A stretch of DNA of 64,000 bases from Eledone cirrhosa. Taxonomy: Eukaryota. Under the pieces are notes generated by a model. It was not told the origin of the DNA. It ran no database searches and saw only the letters and a list, made by a program, of their open reading frames with translations. The stretch is from the NCBI GenBank assembly GCA_964016885.1, contig OZ024745.1, positions 69,130,001 through 69,194,000 on the forward strand, read 5' to 3'. A program made the translations under genes and the position numbers. Within the stretch, counting starts at the first letter, position 1. Each line of letters begins with the position of its first letter. Positions 40,891-57,135 of the stretch are shown here, piece by piece.

Positions 40891-42779
40891 AAGTTCCATT
40901 TCGCTGATTGAATCACTGAAACATTAGTGATAATGTCACACATCTCTGATACAGTTATTCATAAATCGTATATATTAACATTTCCCTGTTACACTACATG
41001 TCGTTGGTACAGTCTATGATAGATCATTCATACAGTCCCTCACACTCGCTATTTCAGTTTATCACACATCAAAAATTCATTTATAGAAAACAAATGCTAT
41101 TTTACACAACCGTTGATACAGTTGATAAAATCTTTAATTCACTCCCTCATATGCCTCTGACCCATTCCATGAGAGATCAATAATACAATCACTCGCATAT
41201 CGTTGACAATCTATCATTTCCGCTGATAAAACATTTTACTGATTGCCGGGTTAATCACTCACAGGTCAATGATACCGTCTTTCATAGTCAACGGTACAAT
41301 TGGCTACAGATTACTGATACAGAGATTATCGATTACCGATATATATATATATATATATTCACAGCATGTAACAAATTATATACAATCCGAGAGATCTCTG
41401 ATGCAACTATGTATATCACGGAATTTTATTGATATCTAGGATCGCGCAATCTAATACGTGCCTTTCATTTTAAAAGTCAGTTGGTTGTTATTCGATGGTG
41501 ATCTCGCTGTTATTTCTACCAAGTGTAACTAGATAGAAACGTCCTCATTGTATCGAGAGTGCCCAGTAACAGACATGGATACATGTATACGGATATTAAT
41601 GATTTTAATTATACACGCGATGAATAAAAATTGAGAAAAGCATATGAAATAATTTTTTTGGTGTAATGCATTGAATATGCTTGACATTTAAAAAAAAAGT
41701 TACAATGATATGTGAAACAAATTATTGAATGCGACTTACGAAATATGGAGTATTCATTTCAAAGTCGAATATAAAGGATAATAATCTCTATATGGAACGT
41801 ATTCAATGGGAGTGAAAAAGTAAATTATAATGATGTAGTTTATGAATGTCGATACCCCTTTTAACAAAAAATCAAGTATATTTCATTCAACATGCACAGA
41901 ACATGACTGTAAATATAGATACGACTGATTAATTTAGATAAAAACATAGATAGTTGAAACATGAAACAGGAACATGTATTGTCTCTTTTCACAATAATTT
42001 TATATCATGCTACATTCTCATTTATTTAGATAAATGATAATATATAATGTAATAACTAGAGTTCTATTCACTACTATGTAAAAATCAATGCTTCTCTTAC
42101 AACCACTCATATTTATTTAGCTAGGTTGGCTGGTGAAATGTGTACGAATTTATTAAGCATTCAGATAGAACTTTTTTTTATCAAAATAACATGGACACTA
42201 ATATTGTATTCGTTTGATTTCATTCTGATTTGCAAATAAGCATCAGTTGAAAATTGCCAATAGAATGAATACTGTAGAACTCAGTGACTATAATGTTCCT
42301 GTAAAAACCACTCGCAGACAAAAGTACAAAAATGCATTTTAAAAGAAGATATTTGAACAGAGATAGCATAGGCAAAAAATATAAATAAACAGATAAATTC
42401 TTTAGATTAAGGTGGTGGTGCTGGAATGCAATATATCGGCAGTAGGTCGGCAAAACATTGATCCCTGATAGGCTAACCTCTTTGAAACATTTGATTTTTA
42501 TCATCAATTTTCTGGCAGGGAAAATCAATACGGAATGTCTTATAACAGTCTAATATAACGACAGGAAAAAACAAAAACCCAAGCAGTAAAGAAAACCATA
42601 CTTTTATCTCTTTTATTTGCCCAAGTAAAAGAAAGCAATAGCTCGGTGGTGTTTCATTATATTTGTAACCCAGCAACAAGCTGCGTTGAAATAAAGATTC
42701 TTGAAATCGTAGCCAATTATAGAAAGTAATACGTTGAAGTTGATGATGGTGATGATGATGAGAAGGGAGAGAAGGAAGC

Positions 42780-42840
<61 letters not shown>

Positions 42841-42850
42841 CATAATAATA
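42780..42850. repeat. (AAT)n microsatellite
   Basis: Direct observation. Confidence 0.95.
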
Positions 42851-43169
42851 AAGAAGATGATGATGATTATAAATCAAACGATGGCAAAAAATAAGCCAAA
42901 TAAATCTTTGACGTTTGGTAGTTTTCGGATTAATGAGGTTAATTGTGTCTATAAAAATTGCTAACTACTTATTAGCATGTAATGAATTGGTTCAGCAGTG
43001 TTGTTAGCAATGTCATGGTCGTTCTACTAGTAGACTTATTCCTTTCATCTCAAATTGTATGAGAACTACACGAAGAAAAATTTAATTACTTTGAGAAATA
43101 GAGAAATTGTTTGTTTCTTAGAGGGTGATTTAAAATGATCATAAATGTTGTTGGGTCGAATTCTGAAGG

Positions 43170-43965
43170 TGAACGGATGTGTGGCTGGCTAGTCGTGGAG
43201 GTGGAGAGAGGAAGGCATGGTCGAATGATTATAGAGGTAGGCATGTATGAGTGGCAGTGAAGATTGACGTGTCTGACTGTTGTGGTGGTTGATATTGCTG
43301 AGGTGTTGCGGAGGTTGGTATGGCTGAGTGGCTGAAATTGTCGACTGTTTGACATGATTGACTGGTTGTTGAGGTTGACGTGGCTGAATGGTTGTGAAGG
43401 TTGTTATGACTGGCTGGTTGTGCAGCTTGACGTGGCTGTGGGGGTTGGCATGGCTGACTGGATGTGGTGGTAGATATGGCTGACTAATTGTGGAGGTAGA
43501 TATGACTGAGTCGTTGAAGAGGTTTATATGGTTGACGTGGCTGTGGGGCTTGATATGACTGACTGGTTGTAAGGGTAGATGTGGGTGAGTTAGTGTGGAG
43601 GTTGACATGGCTGACTGGTTGTGGAGCTTGACATGACTGACTGGTTGTAAGGGTAGATGTGGGTGAGTTAGTGTGGAGGTTGACATGGTTGACTGGTTGT
43701 GGAGATAGATACGACTGAGTGGTTGTGAAGGTTTGACGTGATGGAGTAGCTTTGAAGGTTAACGTGGCTCAGTGGCGGTGGGAGTCGACATGGTTGAGTG
43801 GTTGATATGAATGACTGGTTATGGGGGTAGATATGACTGACTAGTTGTGAAGTTTGATATGGTTGGCTGGTTGTGAAGGTTGTCATGACTGAGTGGTTGA
43901 AGAAGGTGATATGGATGGCTTGTTGTTGAGTCTGACATATCTGAGTGGTTGGGACCGTTAACATG
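43170..43965. repeat. Degenerate G/T-rich ~26-bp minisatellite (gttgacatggctgactggttgtggag)
   Basis: Recurrent motif with a near-exact 78-bp-period duplication at ~43555/43633. It explains the H/P/S-rich minus-strand ORFs. Confidence 0.85.
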
Positions 43966-45094
43966 GATGGTGCCTCCATTATAATTTTGTTAACTTGACA
44001 AATACAGTGGCTACGCCAGTAGAACTAAATTCAGTAGGTCGTTTCATCATTCTCGACATTTACATTATACTAACATATAACTGTATGTTATTACTATTGT
44101 GAACGTTTTGCATTAGAAAAAAATTTAGTAGAATTTTAAATTTTTGTTATTCTTAGAGAAATAACCTGGAACACTTAAGTCAATAAAAGGATTACCAAAT
44201 ACCAAAACGGTGTGAAATAATATACATTAGCATATGGCTATTGATTTGTAGCCAAAGAAACCCACTTTACAGCTTCATTGATATTCCCTCTATCATACAA
44301 GACAACCAACAGAAGTCAAGATTATGTGAATGTATTACGCTAATTATTGCTTATTCAGCTTTTACTTGAAAGCAAAAAAGACTTGATGACTATGCAGTTC
44401 CATTTTGTATCGTTGTTTCTATAAATGTAGACCATATGCCACCTCTTACTATAGTTTATGGATTTCGCTTTATATATGCTGTGAGATTTCTCTGTTCCTT
44501 ATAATGAAATTTACGACTCAACTTTCTTTCATTCTTCCTCCACTATTTGCAATGCACCTTGTTAATGTTTCTTTGTGTTTTCACTTTTATGTTACTACAG
44601 AAAGTACCACAAAACATTATAAATAATAAATAATGCCAAAACTACAAAGAATTCCTTCTTCAAACAAAAATAATTCACTGAATTTTCCAATTGTAGGCGT
44701 GCTCTGATTGTTTAATTTTATTGTACCACCTGGTGAACATAGAAAGCCTGCAAGGAAGGCAATGTGAATAAATAGTCACAGAAGTGCCAAATACAGGTAA
44801 ACACGTTAATTGTGGCAAAGACAACATCAAAATGTATGCCATTCACTCTCTTACAACATTTAATTAATGTTTCCCTTTATTCTATTTAGTTTTAATTTAC
44901 TTTTAGTTTTAGTTATATTTTAAACTTTAAAAAAAGTATTGTAATTTAGAAATAATTATTTCTTTTAAAAACACATGTTCTCTGCGTGTACCTAATGACA
45001 GAGGATATAAAATGAACCTCCGTATGTTTAATTCACAGCTTACGCTTTGTCATTTATTGATTCGGGGATTAGGCTTTTACGTTAAGTAAACACA

Positions 45095-45600
45095 CACCTC
45101 TGGAGTATTCAACCACTTACATGTTGATTCGCAAATCGGACGTACGTTTCAGAAAGCAATTCCATACTCAACGTCGATATCAACAGAGGAGGATACAGTA
45201 TCTTCTAAGTTGAATGCTCGGTTCTTCTGTTACAGAGAGTGTCATTTGAGGAAGTTTTCGCTAGTGTATCTAGCAGGTTGAGTCATCATGTAACAGGTCC
45301 CTCGTTGACTCGCCTGTCAGTACTTTCACGTTAGAAAGGTCTTCCACGAGCGTCGACCATGCCTGTTCCACTTGTTCGATCAATGGAAGAGCATTATCAA
45401 GTGGCTGAGCAATCAGCCACTTGACACGTGTACACTTAACGTAATCCACAGACAAAGAGATTCAGCATGTCACAGTCTGGCTCCTTTGAATTAGGTACAG
45501 CCAAATGGATGGGCTTTCATACAGTATCCATCTACACAATTTCACTCACAAGACTTGGGTCTATCAGTGGTTATGGTAAATGACACTTGCACTGGATAGT
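45095..45600. mobile_element. Degenerate SINE/LINE-tail fragments
   Basis: ggagtattcaaccacttacatgttgattc resembles the tail at 13440-13480; further decayed repeat segments follow. Orientation not resolved. Confidence 0.35.
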
Positions 45601-46990
45601 GCCATGCTATTTCACACACTTGCATATTATAGTTTTAATTAAAATATGAATGGTGGACTTCTTACATTACACAAAACCCTTTTAATCAAGCACTGTATTG
45701 CTACGATTTGACAGTCATTGGAGAGTCGCATTAAATTCCCTAGCATTTGTTCAGGCTCTTTGCTTTCTGAGTTAAATATTATATCGTGGTCAACTTGCCT
45801 TTTATTGATTGGGGTTCGATAAGTAAAATACTAGTTCAGGGGTCAATAGATTGGCGAATGTTTTAAGGAAGTGAATGGTGTGAGTCTCCTGAGTTCATAA
45901 CCCGCCTCCTCCTGATAGTATGAACAAAGAGATGGCAACTGAAATCATCGATTCTCTGGTTAGAATGAGCTACCGCGTTCAATTTCCATTGTTAGTTCAC
46001 TTGTTACCACTTACATCACTTGCATGTTTGAAATATAATTTGCACCTATCATATTTTATACAAAAATCTCTTTTATGCAGACATCATATTATTATGCAGC
46101 TGCTTCCGTTTGTTGGGAGTCATGAGCAAATATACACAGTTTAATTTATGTCTATTGACACCAGCGCACTCGAATCTCGTGCAGGGTTTTATGACCAAAG
46201 TCCATTTAGTTTGCAGTGTTTATATTTGTGTGAAAAGCGTCTATCATAACTTTGAATGGGAGACTTTATTAAGATATTTCCCAAATAACAACGTGAAATT
46301 TATATTACAAACACCTCAACATTTCTGATTCTTTTCAAAATTCTTTCAACATTTAGAAATAAGGCAACGCAAGCGTTAGCTTGTTAAATTTTATTTTAAA
46401 TTCTGCCATCATGTTTTACCTAAAGACATTTATTTGTTCAATTATGTTCCATAAAAGACAGCTTCACAATAAATATATTAGTTACATTACAACATTTTTC
46501 ACAATTTTTGATTATTTTGATTAATTGAAAATCATAGACAGTGTTTCTCATGAGAACTTTGGTAAAGGACGGGTTAAAAATCGTGAATAGTATTCTCATA
46601 AAAAATGGTAAATATCCTTACGGGAAAAGAAAATCTAATTGCTAGAATTTGTGAAAGATTTTCTACTTAATGTAGTTAAAATTCACTTAAACGCAATCAC
46701 TTCCTCTAATAAGTCCAATTCCTAGTGTGTATTCTTATTCAAACAGCACTGACAGATGAAAAACCAGATCAGTTTTGAATATGGCATTCACCCAAGCTAA
46801 ATGTGTTAATGTGTAAAAACGCTAAGTGATTTTCAGTGAAGAGCCGCTCACATTTAACCAGCATTTTGCGTTTCCCTGGTATGAATATGTTTTGTAAATT
46901 TGACCTTATAACATTGAAGAAGCAAAACACATAATTTATGATGAACTTTGTCTCACATCTCAATTTATTAGGCTCTCCCTTCCTCTTCGG

Positions 46991-48642
<1,652 letters not shown>

Positions 48643-49199
48643 CAAATCAATGAATGAGATTTGAATTTTCTTTCAACACTGGCATTAGTAAATGATATTT
48701 TGGGCAATCTGCCCAAAAGCCAATCAGTCAAATATGGTTATAAAATTAATCTTTCCTTCACTTCACAGAGCTAAACCTCCCATTTCCAGATAAATATAGT
48801 CTTGTTTAAATAATTATACGTCCAACCACACATACAGAAGCTCTCTTGGATTGCGTACAGAAGAAATTGAATTGTTAAGCCATGCGATTAAAACTTAAAG
48901 TGAATGAATCACTGCATGCTGATCTCTCCGTCTCTGTTATGCGTGGTTACATGCTGCTTATTTCATGTTAGCTCAGCAACTCTAAATTTTTCTCAGCAGA
49001 AGATAATGTAAAATTTCAACTGACCAGTTGCACATCCATAAAGCGGTTGATGTGAAAAAGTTGTTAGAGCTTTGGATATTTGTTCCAGATCTTGCTGTTC
49101 TGATTCTGAGTTCAAATCTCACAGGGATCCATTTTGCTGTTTAATCTTCGGGATCGATAAAGTAAGCCCCATCAAGCTTTGACACGATCATATCCCCAC

Positions 49200-50250
49200 A
49201 TTGTTTTGCCAGGCAGTTAGCATAGACTTTACCATGGAGATCCCTTTATAAGTGGAGCAATCACTTTGTCTGCGTTTTTGAAAATTGGAATTATCACATC
49301 CGATTTCCATTGCTTTACAGAAATCCAGCCCAGAGAATATCTTCTTTATTTAAGGCTTTTACAATTTCGCGTCGACCTCCATCCTCCCCAACGGCCTTGC
49401 CACTCTAACTGCTCTTTCATTGCTCTTGTGTCTTTATCATCCGAGAGGTTAGTCTGCGCTTCCAGATGTATCTTATGTACACCAGAAGATACTGCTATGA
49501 CTGGGTTTAGGAGATCAGCAAAGTATTTCTCCCCACCTCACGAGGATGCACATCTCTAGCACCAGAAGATCCCCAGACGCGTTACAGATAGCAGGTATGA
49601 AAGAGGACTTCGTATTACTTTATCTGCTGATCTGAAGACGAATTCCAGCTGAAACCGAAAGTCCACCCATGTTTAAAATTTTGACCCCTTTTCAATCGCT
49701 GCTATAATTTCTTACACCTACTTGTACCGCAAGTGCAAGAAGTAGGCCATATTTCCAAGCCAAGCTTTGTAGGCCCCCTTCTTTGCTCGGATGGCAGCTT
49801 TGACTACTTGATTGAACCAAAGGATCCTCCTGCCACCTCCCACGACATCAATATGCTTTTACCCACAGTATTTAACTGCTAAATCAGAAAATGCCGAGCT
49901 GAACAGTTTCCAGTCCATTTTAACGTCTTCAGTTTGCTCAAGGAGTTCTCTGAATTGGAACGCAATAGTATCCGCAAACCTTTTCCTGACGTTCTTATCT
50001 GCCAGCACTTCCCACTTTATCTAGCAGGGTGAGCTGGACCAGCAATTTGTGTGGGCTTTCTTCGCTTTATGTAATCTCAGGCTGCAGATTGCTAGATGGT
50101 GATCAGTTGACACCTTAGCCCATCTCTTAACCCAAATATCCAGTATATAATCGAAGAGCCAATAACACAATCAGGTATTTATTTCTGTCCACGATTCCCT
50201 TTTTGCCATATGTATTTTTGCTGGAAGGATGAATTCACAATAGGGAACCC
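49200..50250 (-). pseudogene. RTE-clade LINE fragment (end of AP endonuclease, linker, start of RT)
   Basis: Minus strand FDYILDIWVKRWAKVSTDHHLAIC (SDH motif), ILWFNQVVKAAIRAKKGAYKAWL, EKYFADLLNP, WKSDVIIPIFKNAD; multiple stops. Confidence 0.8.
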
Positions 50251-52208
50251 TTTACTAAAAAGGTCTTTCCATATAAGTTCAAATCTTTAATTTGAAAAGA
50301 TAAAGTTTACAATTGTAGCGAGAGTAACGTGTGTAGGCTATTATGAATGGGATGAAATTGCAAAGAATGTACCGACTGCAATTTAATAACAACACGCCTC
50401 TCGTTAGAATATATGTGATATTATCACACACATATAATAGATAGGGTTAATCAATATTAAAATTGTAAACAATCAAAAGTTCCATCATGTATAATAGACC
50501 ATATCTATGCATTAGCAATAAAATAATATAATAGAATAAAATAATTGACAACATAAAATTACGCATTGTATAAGTATCTTATTTTCATGTTATATTATCC
50601 ATGAATGCTTACAATAATTTATCAAAGTTAAGGATATTTTTATTGGCATAAATGTTCATAATCAGTGGAGTCATTTTGAAAAGAATCTACTGCGTATTAA
50701 TGACCCAGCCAATCCATGCAAGCATGGAAATCAGACAGAAAATGATTATGTTGTACTTTATATTAATGACTATAAAATAAGTGCGATTTGATACCCACTA
50801 TTGTTGTATCAAAGATATTACATTTCACTCAAGATAACAGTATTCGTCAGATGTCACGTTTATGGACCTCATGCTTCAATAATTTAATATCAGTAATTTT
50901 CATTCCCTTTGTTAGTTTTCGAATTACGACAGAAATTGAATTGAAACGTTGAAATATAACGTTTATCTACAGGAAAATATTAAGATTAATGTATAATATA
51001 TTTATTTGCCAACAGAATCACTGATATATTAAATTTCTTAAAAAATATAATTTTGAAAATTATTCTATGAGTTTTAACCACACACAAGCACACGTGCATT
51101 TAAATCAAACCTTCTCACTAAACATGTATTTGAAACTCTCTCTTTTATCTTTGACCTTATAGTCATACATGCGTTAACTTAGCTATGGATCAGCTTAAAG
51201 TAAAATATATAAGAAAAGAAAGTAGCCAACGGAAAACGATGATGCTATTGTTTTAAAAATGAAATATATTGAAAATATTATTAAAAGATTATAGATGAAA
51301 ATAATTAAATTATATTGATATTTTCTGAATATTATTGTTCGCGGAAAATGATATGTGAAAGAAATACACTGCGTAAATTAAATCTAATTCTGATTAAGTT
51401 TTCTACTTGATATCTCATATATTCCATCCTTAATCCGTTTGCTTTAATTTCTCTTGTTTATCATTGAATAACGAATTAAATCCCCTAATTTTCTTTACTG
51501 ATCGATTTAATCACTTCTGTTGTCTACACAATTCAATATTGCTTAGTCTTTTCCAAATGACCTAATTAATTACAAAATCTGCAATATACAACGCTATCCC
51601 AGATAGTACAGGTGGACAGTGTTTCGTTCCCTTGCTTCATAAAGTACAACGTTCACTGAAATATTATTAGCGATATCGTTTCACGTCCATTTTTCCCTGC
51701 CTGCACGGATTAGCGGAAACCTGGACCTGATCCATGTTTTGAGGACATCAAGCAACAGCGAGTAGAAAACTTCGCTGTGGAATGTATGTCAGTGCGTCGA
51801 ATGGCTAACTTCACAGCGGCCCCAGTATCTCATTTTCAGCTAATTGGACTGGACCAATGTAAAACGAAGTGACTTGCTATAGGACAAAATGCTTCACCTG
51901 TCTGGAACTCGAACAAGCCTCCTAACCATAGGACCATAGGCCGCTAAATACAGAATGCCACAGCCAAATTACAATTTCTAACACTTCGATGTTGCTTTGA
52001 TAGTCAAACCATAGGTTAGAGTCTTCTTGAGAAAAGAGACAGTATCGGTTTCCAATGAGAATATGACATGGCAATTGTCAAGGTCATAGTTGAAGACACT
52101 TGGGCAGCTATGACCTCTAAGTGATCAATGCCTTCTGAGTTAAAGTTGATGAACGGAGACTACATACGTCCGTCGTACACACATGAACAAACATGCATAC
52201 ACACACAC

Positions 52209-52283
<75 letters not shown>

Positions 52284-52889
52284 CGTGCGTGCGTGTGTGT
52301 GTTTTAATGTTTGTGTCAGTGCCTTGTTTATGTTTGTATTCGTATCTGTGTTTACCTTTATTGCATGCTTATGTCCCTTACCATAGTGATGCGATAAGTA
52401 ACAAAGAAGAAAATGAAATCGGTACAGATAAAAAATCTGAAAAGAAATTGCTCGACTTGCATAGGTACGGACTGTAATAAATGAAACAGCAAGCTGGGCG
52501 GTTTCTAATTTAATTAGTTGATGATTTGATCATTTTATATATATTCGTTTTAAGATTTAGAATTTTAAAGCTATAAATAGTCCAAATATACATGAAAAAT
52601 AACAGCATTTATTCCTCTAGGTAATCCGATCTACCATCTCCAACAGGAAATGTTTTTGATTAAAAAGTTTTCATAGCCATACTTATGTTATCAATTCTTC
52701 GTTTATCAAAGCATTTGTTTCTCAACAAGTTTTTATTGATTCAACATTTCGTATTCAAATGTATACATTAAAAAATAAGAAGAGGGTAACGTAGAGGAAA
52801 AGAAGAGCAAGAAAGAAAAATAAAATAAAGTAAGAGATAGAAAAGGCTCAAACTTTACAATGCTGGCTGCCTGGCACATTTCACATATT

Positions 52890-53050
52890 CTCCGTGGACA
52901 GGAGGGCAAACGTAGTGCCACAGAGAAGAAGGCGTTGCATCAGCTATTCCACCTTCTGGGATTCCTTTTGCGAGATGCCGTCAGCTTCCACCTGGTTTCA
53001 TCAGATTTAAGCGGCAGTTCGAGTCGAAAAGACACCAGGTTTGATGACAA
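52890..53050 (-). pseudogene. CRE-clade RLE 3' fragment
   Basis: Minus strand PGVFS...KVE*LMQRLLLCGTTFALLST; similar to 18895-19075. Confidence 0.45.
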
Positions 53051-53963
53051 AGTAAGGGGCTAGTCAAGTTTGCAGTTATTATTCTAACAATTGAGTTCAT
53101 TTACAGAATAAGAAATGTGGCTTTAAAAGTTTATAATAGTTGTTTAGTTTTCAATATCTTTAGCCATAAGTAAGACCAATTCATATATGGTAATGTTTGC
53201 AAGACTTTGGATTTGTTGTAGAATTATAATGTAATGGGCAACTGAACAAAAGTCAAACATATGCCTGCCAATAATTATTATTCTAAAAGAATACTTTTCT
53301 GTTCTTACGAAAACCAAAGCAATGTATGTTATCGAACATTCAGTCCGTAATCCGATACTTTCGACATTCTAAAAATAATAATAATTGATAACTTAATCCG
53401 ATCCGTCTTGGATTTTCTTTGGCGGAAATATCCTATTATTTATACCACTCTATTGTTGACACCAGCTTGCATCATGGTCTAATTTCTAGGAAATAATATT
53501 GAAATAATTCGTAGATGTTACCGCAACTAAAACTATTTCTGTCTTACTCATAACTCGAGTGTTTGTTTCATTTTTTTTCTTTTTCGTTGCTGTGTGTACT
53601 TAGCCAAGTCTGCTAATGTGCGTGTTTATGTTGACGATTGAGAGAGATATATATTCAGCCAGCGCTGTAAATAGCACAAGAGACGCTAATCACGTTAGTT
53701 TATAAAAGAAATGTCACACGGTATTTTTCAGTTGACGAACAAATTGTCCGTTATTGTCAGCAGACGTTTACCATGTAATCGATATCAAGAGAATCTCTGC
53801 TTGTGTTTCTTATGAAACATAGCATGCATGAACATAACACATTTTCTGGCTCACCGAAGTAAATGATCATTGGCTTTCATCAATCAACTACATATGAACC
53901 TATATTACTTATGTCTGCAGCAGACAGTCAGTGGTATCACTCTAAATCGCCATATTATGAAGC

Positions 53964-54032
<69 letters not shown>

Positions 54033-54091
54033 CGTATATATACATATATATATATACATATATACAAATATATATACATATATACATATAT

Positions 54092-54172
<81 letters not shown>

Positions 54173-54219
54173 TATATACATATATATATACATATATATA
54201 TACATATATACATATATGT

Positions 54220-54254
<35 letters not shown>

Positions 54255-54260
54255 CATATA

Positions 54261-54555
54261 TGCAGAGGTTATATTTAATTTGTTGGGATTGAAGATTGAA
54301 CAAGCTTAAACATTTTTATAACTGATATAAAGCACTCAACAAGTTAGTGGAGTAACGGATTAGTGAATTAAGGGATTATTGGAGCTCCAACCGTTAAGGT
54401 TGTCTTTTCTCAGGGTATGTCAATATTTATTTATAAAATAAATCAGTATTGTATTTTATCTGATGAAAGCGCACCATAATTTGCCTTGGTGGCCCTTGAA
54501 ATATGTATAATAAAATTAATATGGTTTTATAAATATAGTTTCCATTTGTTAATAT
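54261..54555 (+). mobile_element. Family A mini-element, copy 2 (leader plus single hammerhead), in a (TA)/(TACA) tract
   Basis: Leader ...atttttataactgatataaagcactc... shared with 5194-5219; 3' end atatggttttataaatatagtttccatttgttaatat identical to 5430-5466. Confidence 0.8.
54452..54517 (+). ncRNA. Type I hammerhead ribozyme (family A)
   Basis: attttat-CTGATGA (54460)-aagcgcacca/taatttgcct/tggtggccctt-GAA-ATATGTAT-A-ATAAAAT. Confidence 0.85.
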
Positions 54556-54606
54556 ATTGTATATATATATATATATATATATACATATACATACATACAT
54601 ACATAC

Positions 54607-54675
<69 letters not shown>

Positions 54676-54757
54676 TATACATATATATATATATACATAT
54701 ATATACATATATACATATATATATACATATACATACACACATATATATATATATAAT

Positions 54758-54863
54758 ATATAAGATCAAAAGATGGTTAAAAGAGTTCCATGTATTTTAT
54801 TATGCGCATTTCATTCCGATATCTGCATTGCTTTATTGTACTACAATAAAACTCACCTCCTAC
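54758..54863. mobile_element. Rearranged family B fragment (half-hammerhead arm joined to inverted leader)
   Basis: 54761-54812 matches 25882-25933; 54813-54863 is the reverse complement of 25790-25840. Confidence 0.8.
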
Positions 54864-55067
54864 ATATATATATATATTATATATATATATACACATATAT
54901 ATATACATATATACATGTATATATACACACATATATATATATATACATATATACATATATTTATACATGTATATATATATGTATATACACATGTATATAT
55001 ATCCAAGGAAAACTCAACTGATAAGGTATGTTCCTTGGTTATGTAAACATTTATAAAACACACTTTG

Positions 55068-55129
55068 TATTTTATCTGATGAAAGCGTAGCAACATTTTT
55101 GGTACCCTTGAAATATATATAATAGAATA
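55068..55129 (+). ncRNA. Type I hammerhead ribozyme (family A, copy 3; element ~55003-55168)
   Basis: tattttat-CTGATGA (55076)-aagcgtagcaa/cattt/ttggtaccctt-GAA-ATATATAT-A-ATAGAATA. Confidence 0.8.
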
Positions 55130-55191
55130 AATATGGTTTTATAAATATAGTTTCCATTTATTTAATATCATTATATATATATATATAGATG

Positions 55192-55240
<49 letters not shown>

Positions 55241-55329
55241 AGAGAGAGAGAGAGAATTTGTATATATACATATATACTTACATACGTACACTCCTACATG
55301 CCTACATACATAAATACATACACATGAGG

Positions 55330-56060
55330 ATGAACATAATAATAATATTGCTAGGATATCTATGATCTAGAATAGACATGAAATTAAAACCTGATACAAA
55401 ACTCTCTCTCCCACGACGAGTCTAATCAATGCTCGAACAAAATAAAAAATGGACCAATTCATTGAAAAGTTTGTACATAGGTACTTGATTAAAAAACCAC
55501 AGACCATATTTGGATTGAACAAGGAATGCTAACCAGGGACCTACTAAATAAAAGAGAGGAAAGTCGTCAGTTGAGAATAAATGTAGGCTTTTTAAAACAA
55601 AGATTGAAGATGTTAGCCTAATTATTGCCGACTGGAAAAGAATGAGTTTTCCTTACTACCTCCCCGCAATGCATGATGTGTTAGCTAGAACAACCTGACA
55701 AGCATTACGGAACCTAAAAATAAAAAAAGTCTGCCACCAAATTAAAGCACAATTGACCTGATATCGTTATGTTTGACCACACATAAAAAGCATTCTCAGT
55801 TGTAAAAGGTAGCTATTCACTTGATGTGAATGCGGTATGAAAATGCAAGAGAAAGGGGATAATTAGGGACCATTAACGAGAAGTTGTAGATCCAGTATCC
55901 AAGATACTGGATCAGCTTTATACCCACCTCGACCAAAGTATAACTGAACTTCGAATTTTGGAGAAAGAACGTAGCTCCTTAATTCATAAACTACAGATGG
56001 CTGCGATATCACAGACCTTCAAAATTTGTGAAACAGTCTTACGATTCAAAGGATGGACAA
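55330..56060 (+). pseudogene. Decayed R4/Dong-like LINE 3' region (CCHC knuckle remnant plus RLE)
   Basis: CRLFKTKIEDVSLII..MS..YYLP.MHDVLA resembles CRLC....E...HII..C..MS..YYLP.RHD.VA; ends LIHKLQMAAISQTFKICETVLRFK. Confidence 0.6.
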
Positions 56061-56769
56061 TTGAACATGGGATGACAAAAATGTTCTTTTCTTTAACTTT
56101 GCCACCGGGAAGGTGGCTGATCAAATATAAACATAACATTAAGAGGAAGAGAGAACATGCATAAACACATAAATATATACATACTACATCTTGCTCTTAC
56201 GTTCCATTTATTTGGCATGGTTTCTACGGCAGGATATCCATCCTAATAATAACCATTTTACAAAACGTCCTGGTGCTTTTATTAAAACACAAGCATTACC
56301 ACCTCTCACATTCTACAGGGTGTATACATTCGTGGCACCAGTATTACGAATTTACAGAGTATATTGATGCATTTTATCATGTCTCTGACAAGAAGATGTT
56401 ATATTTTCGGCTTAATTAAAGCATCTTCTCTACCTTATATTGTCTGCATTCTCAGCTACTCTATATTTACAGAGAAGTTTCTCTTACTAGAGTGTCTTGG
56501 TAATTCAAGGGAGGTTTACATTTACTTTTACCATATTATACTTATTCTGCTGAGCAGGTATTTTACATGTATGGTATATCGCTGGTAATGTCAGTCTTGT
56601 ATCGTCCCTTTCGTGAGGTTTGCTCAGGTCATTTTTAATACGTTTATTCCATGTTTTCTTTTGTCATCTTCTATCTCAGGACCCGTCTACTCTGAGCGCA
56701 CAGCTCTTACTTTTTCTTTTATACAACTCTAGCTCTTTTTATATGCATTGCATGAACATACCAGTGCAA

Positions 56770-57135
56770 ACATTCGTCTTTGTTTAATTGTGGTCTGACT
56801 TGGATGTATACTAACATTAAACTTTCACCGGAGCATGCACGCCTCAGTTAATTTTAGTGGCCTCTCATCTTCTGTTCTTACAGACCACGTTTAACTACCA
56901 TGTAGCTTAACAGTGCCCCGATAGACCCAAGATTCTCTGCCCGCCAAACCGAAGAATAGAAGCCGCCAAGCAATTGGCGGCTCCACAATAAAGTTTGTCT
57001 GTGAACCTGTAGCAGTGGAGACGTACGGTTGTCATGGAACCCGGAACACATTAGTACTCAATACTATCGGAGCGAAATTAGCCATCCGCAAGAGGGAACT
57101 CCACGTGTTGGAATCACACTGACAACGTATCTCTC
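56770..57135 (+). pseudogene. CRE-clade RLE 3' fragment
   Basis: FVCEPVAVETYGCHG....VLNTIGAKLAIRKRE....QRIS matches the F.P.AVET.G..G.....IG..LA.....RE....QR.S motif. Confidence 0.7.

Noticed and set aside
43189-43979. 165-aa and 103-aa His/Pro/Ser-rich ORFs
   Set aside because: Translations of a degenerate minisatellite.
52860-53063. GC-richer ORF ending at a GTAAG donor-like site (possible exon)
   Set aside because: Better explained as a minus-strand CRE retroelement remnant; no recognisable protein or acceptor site.
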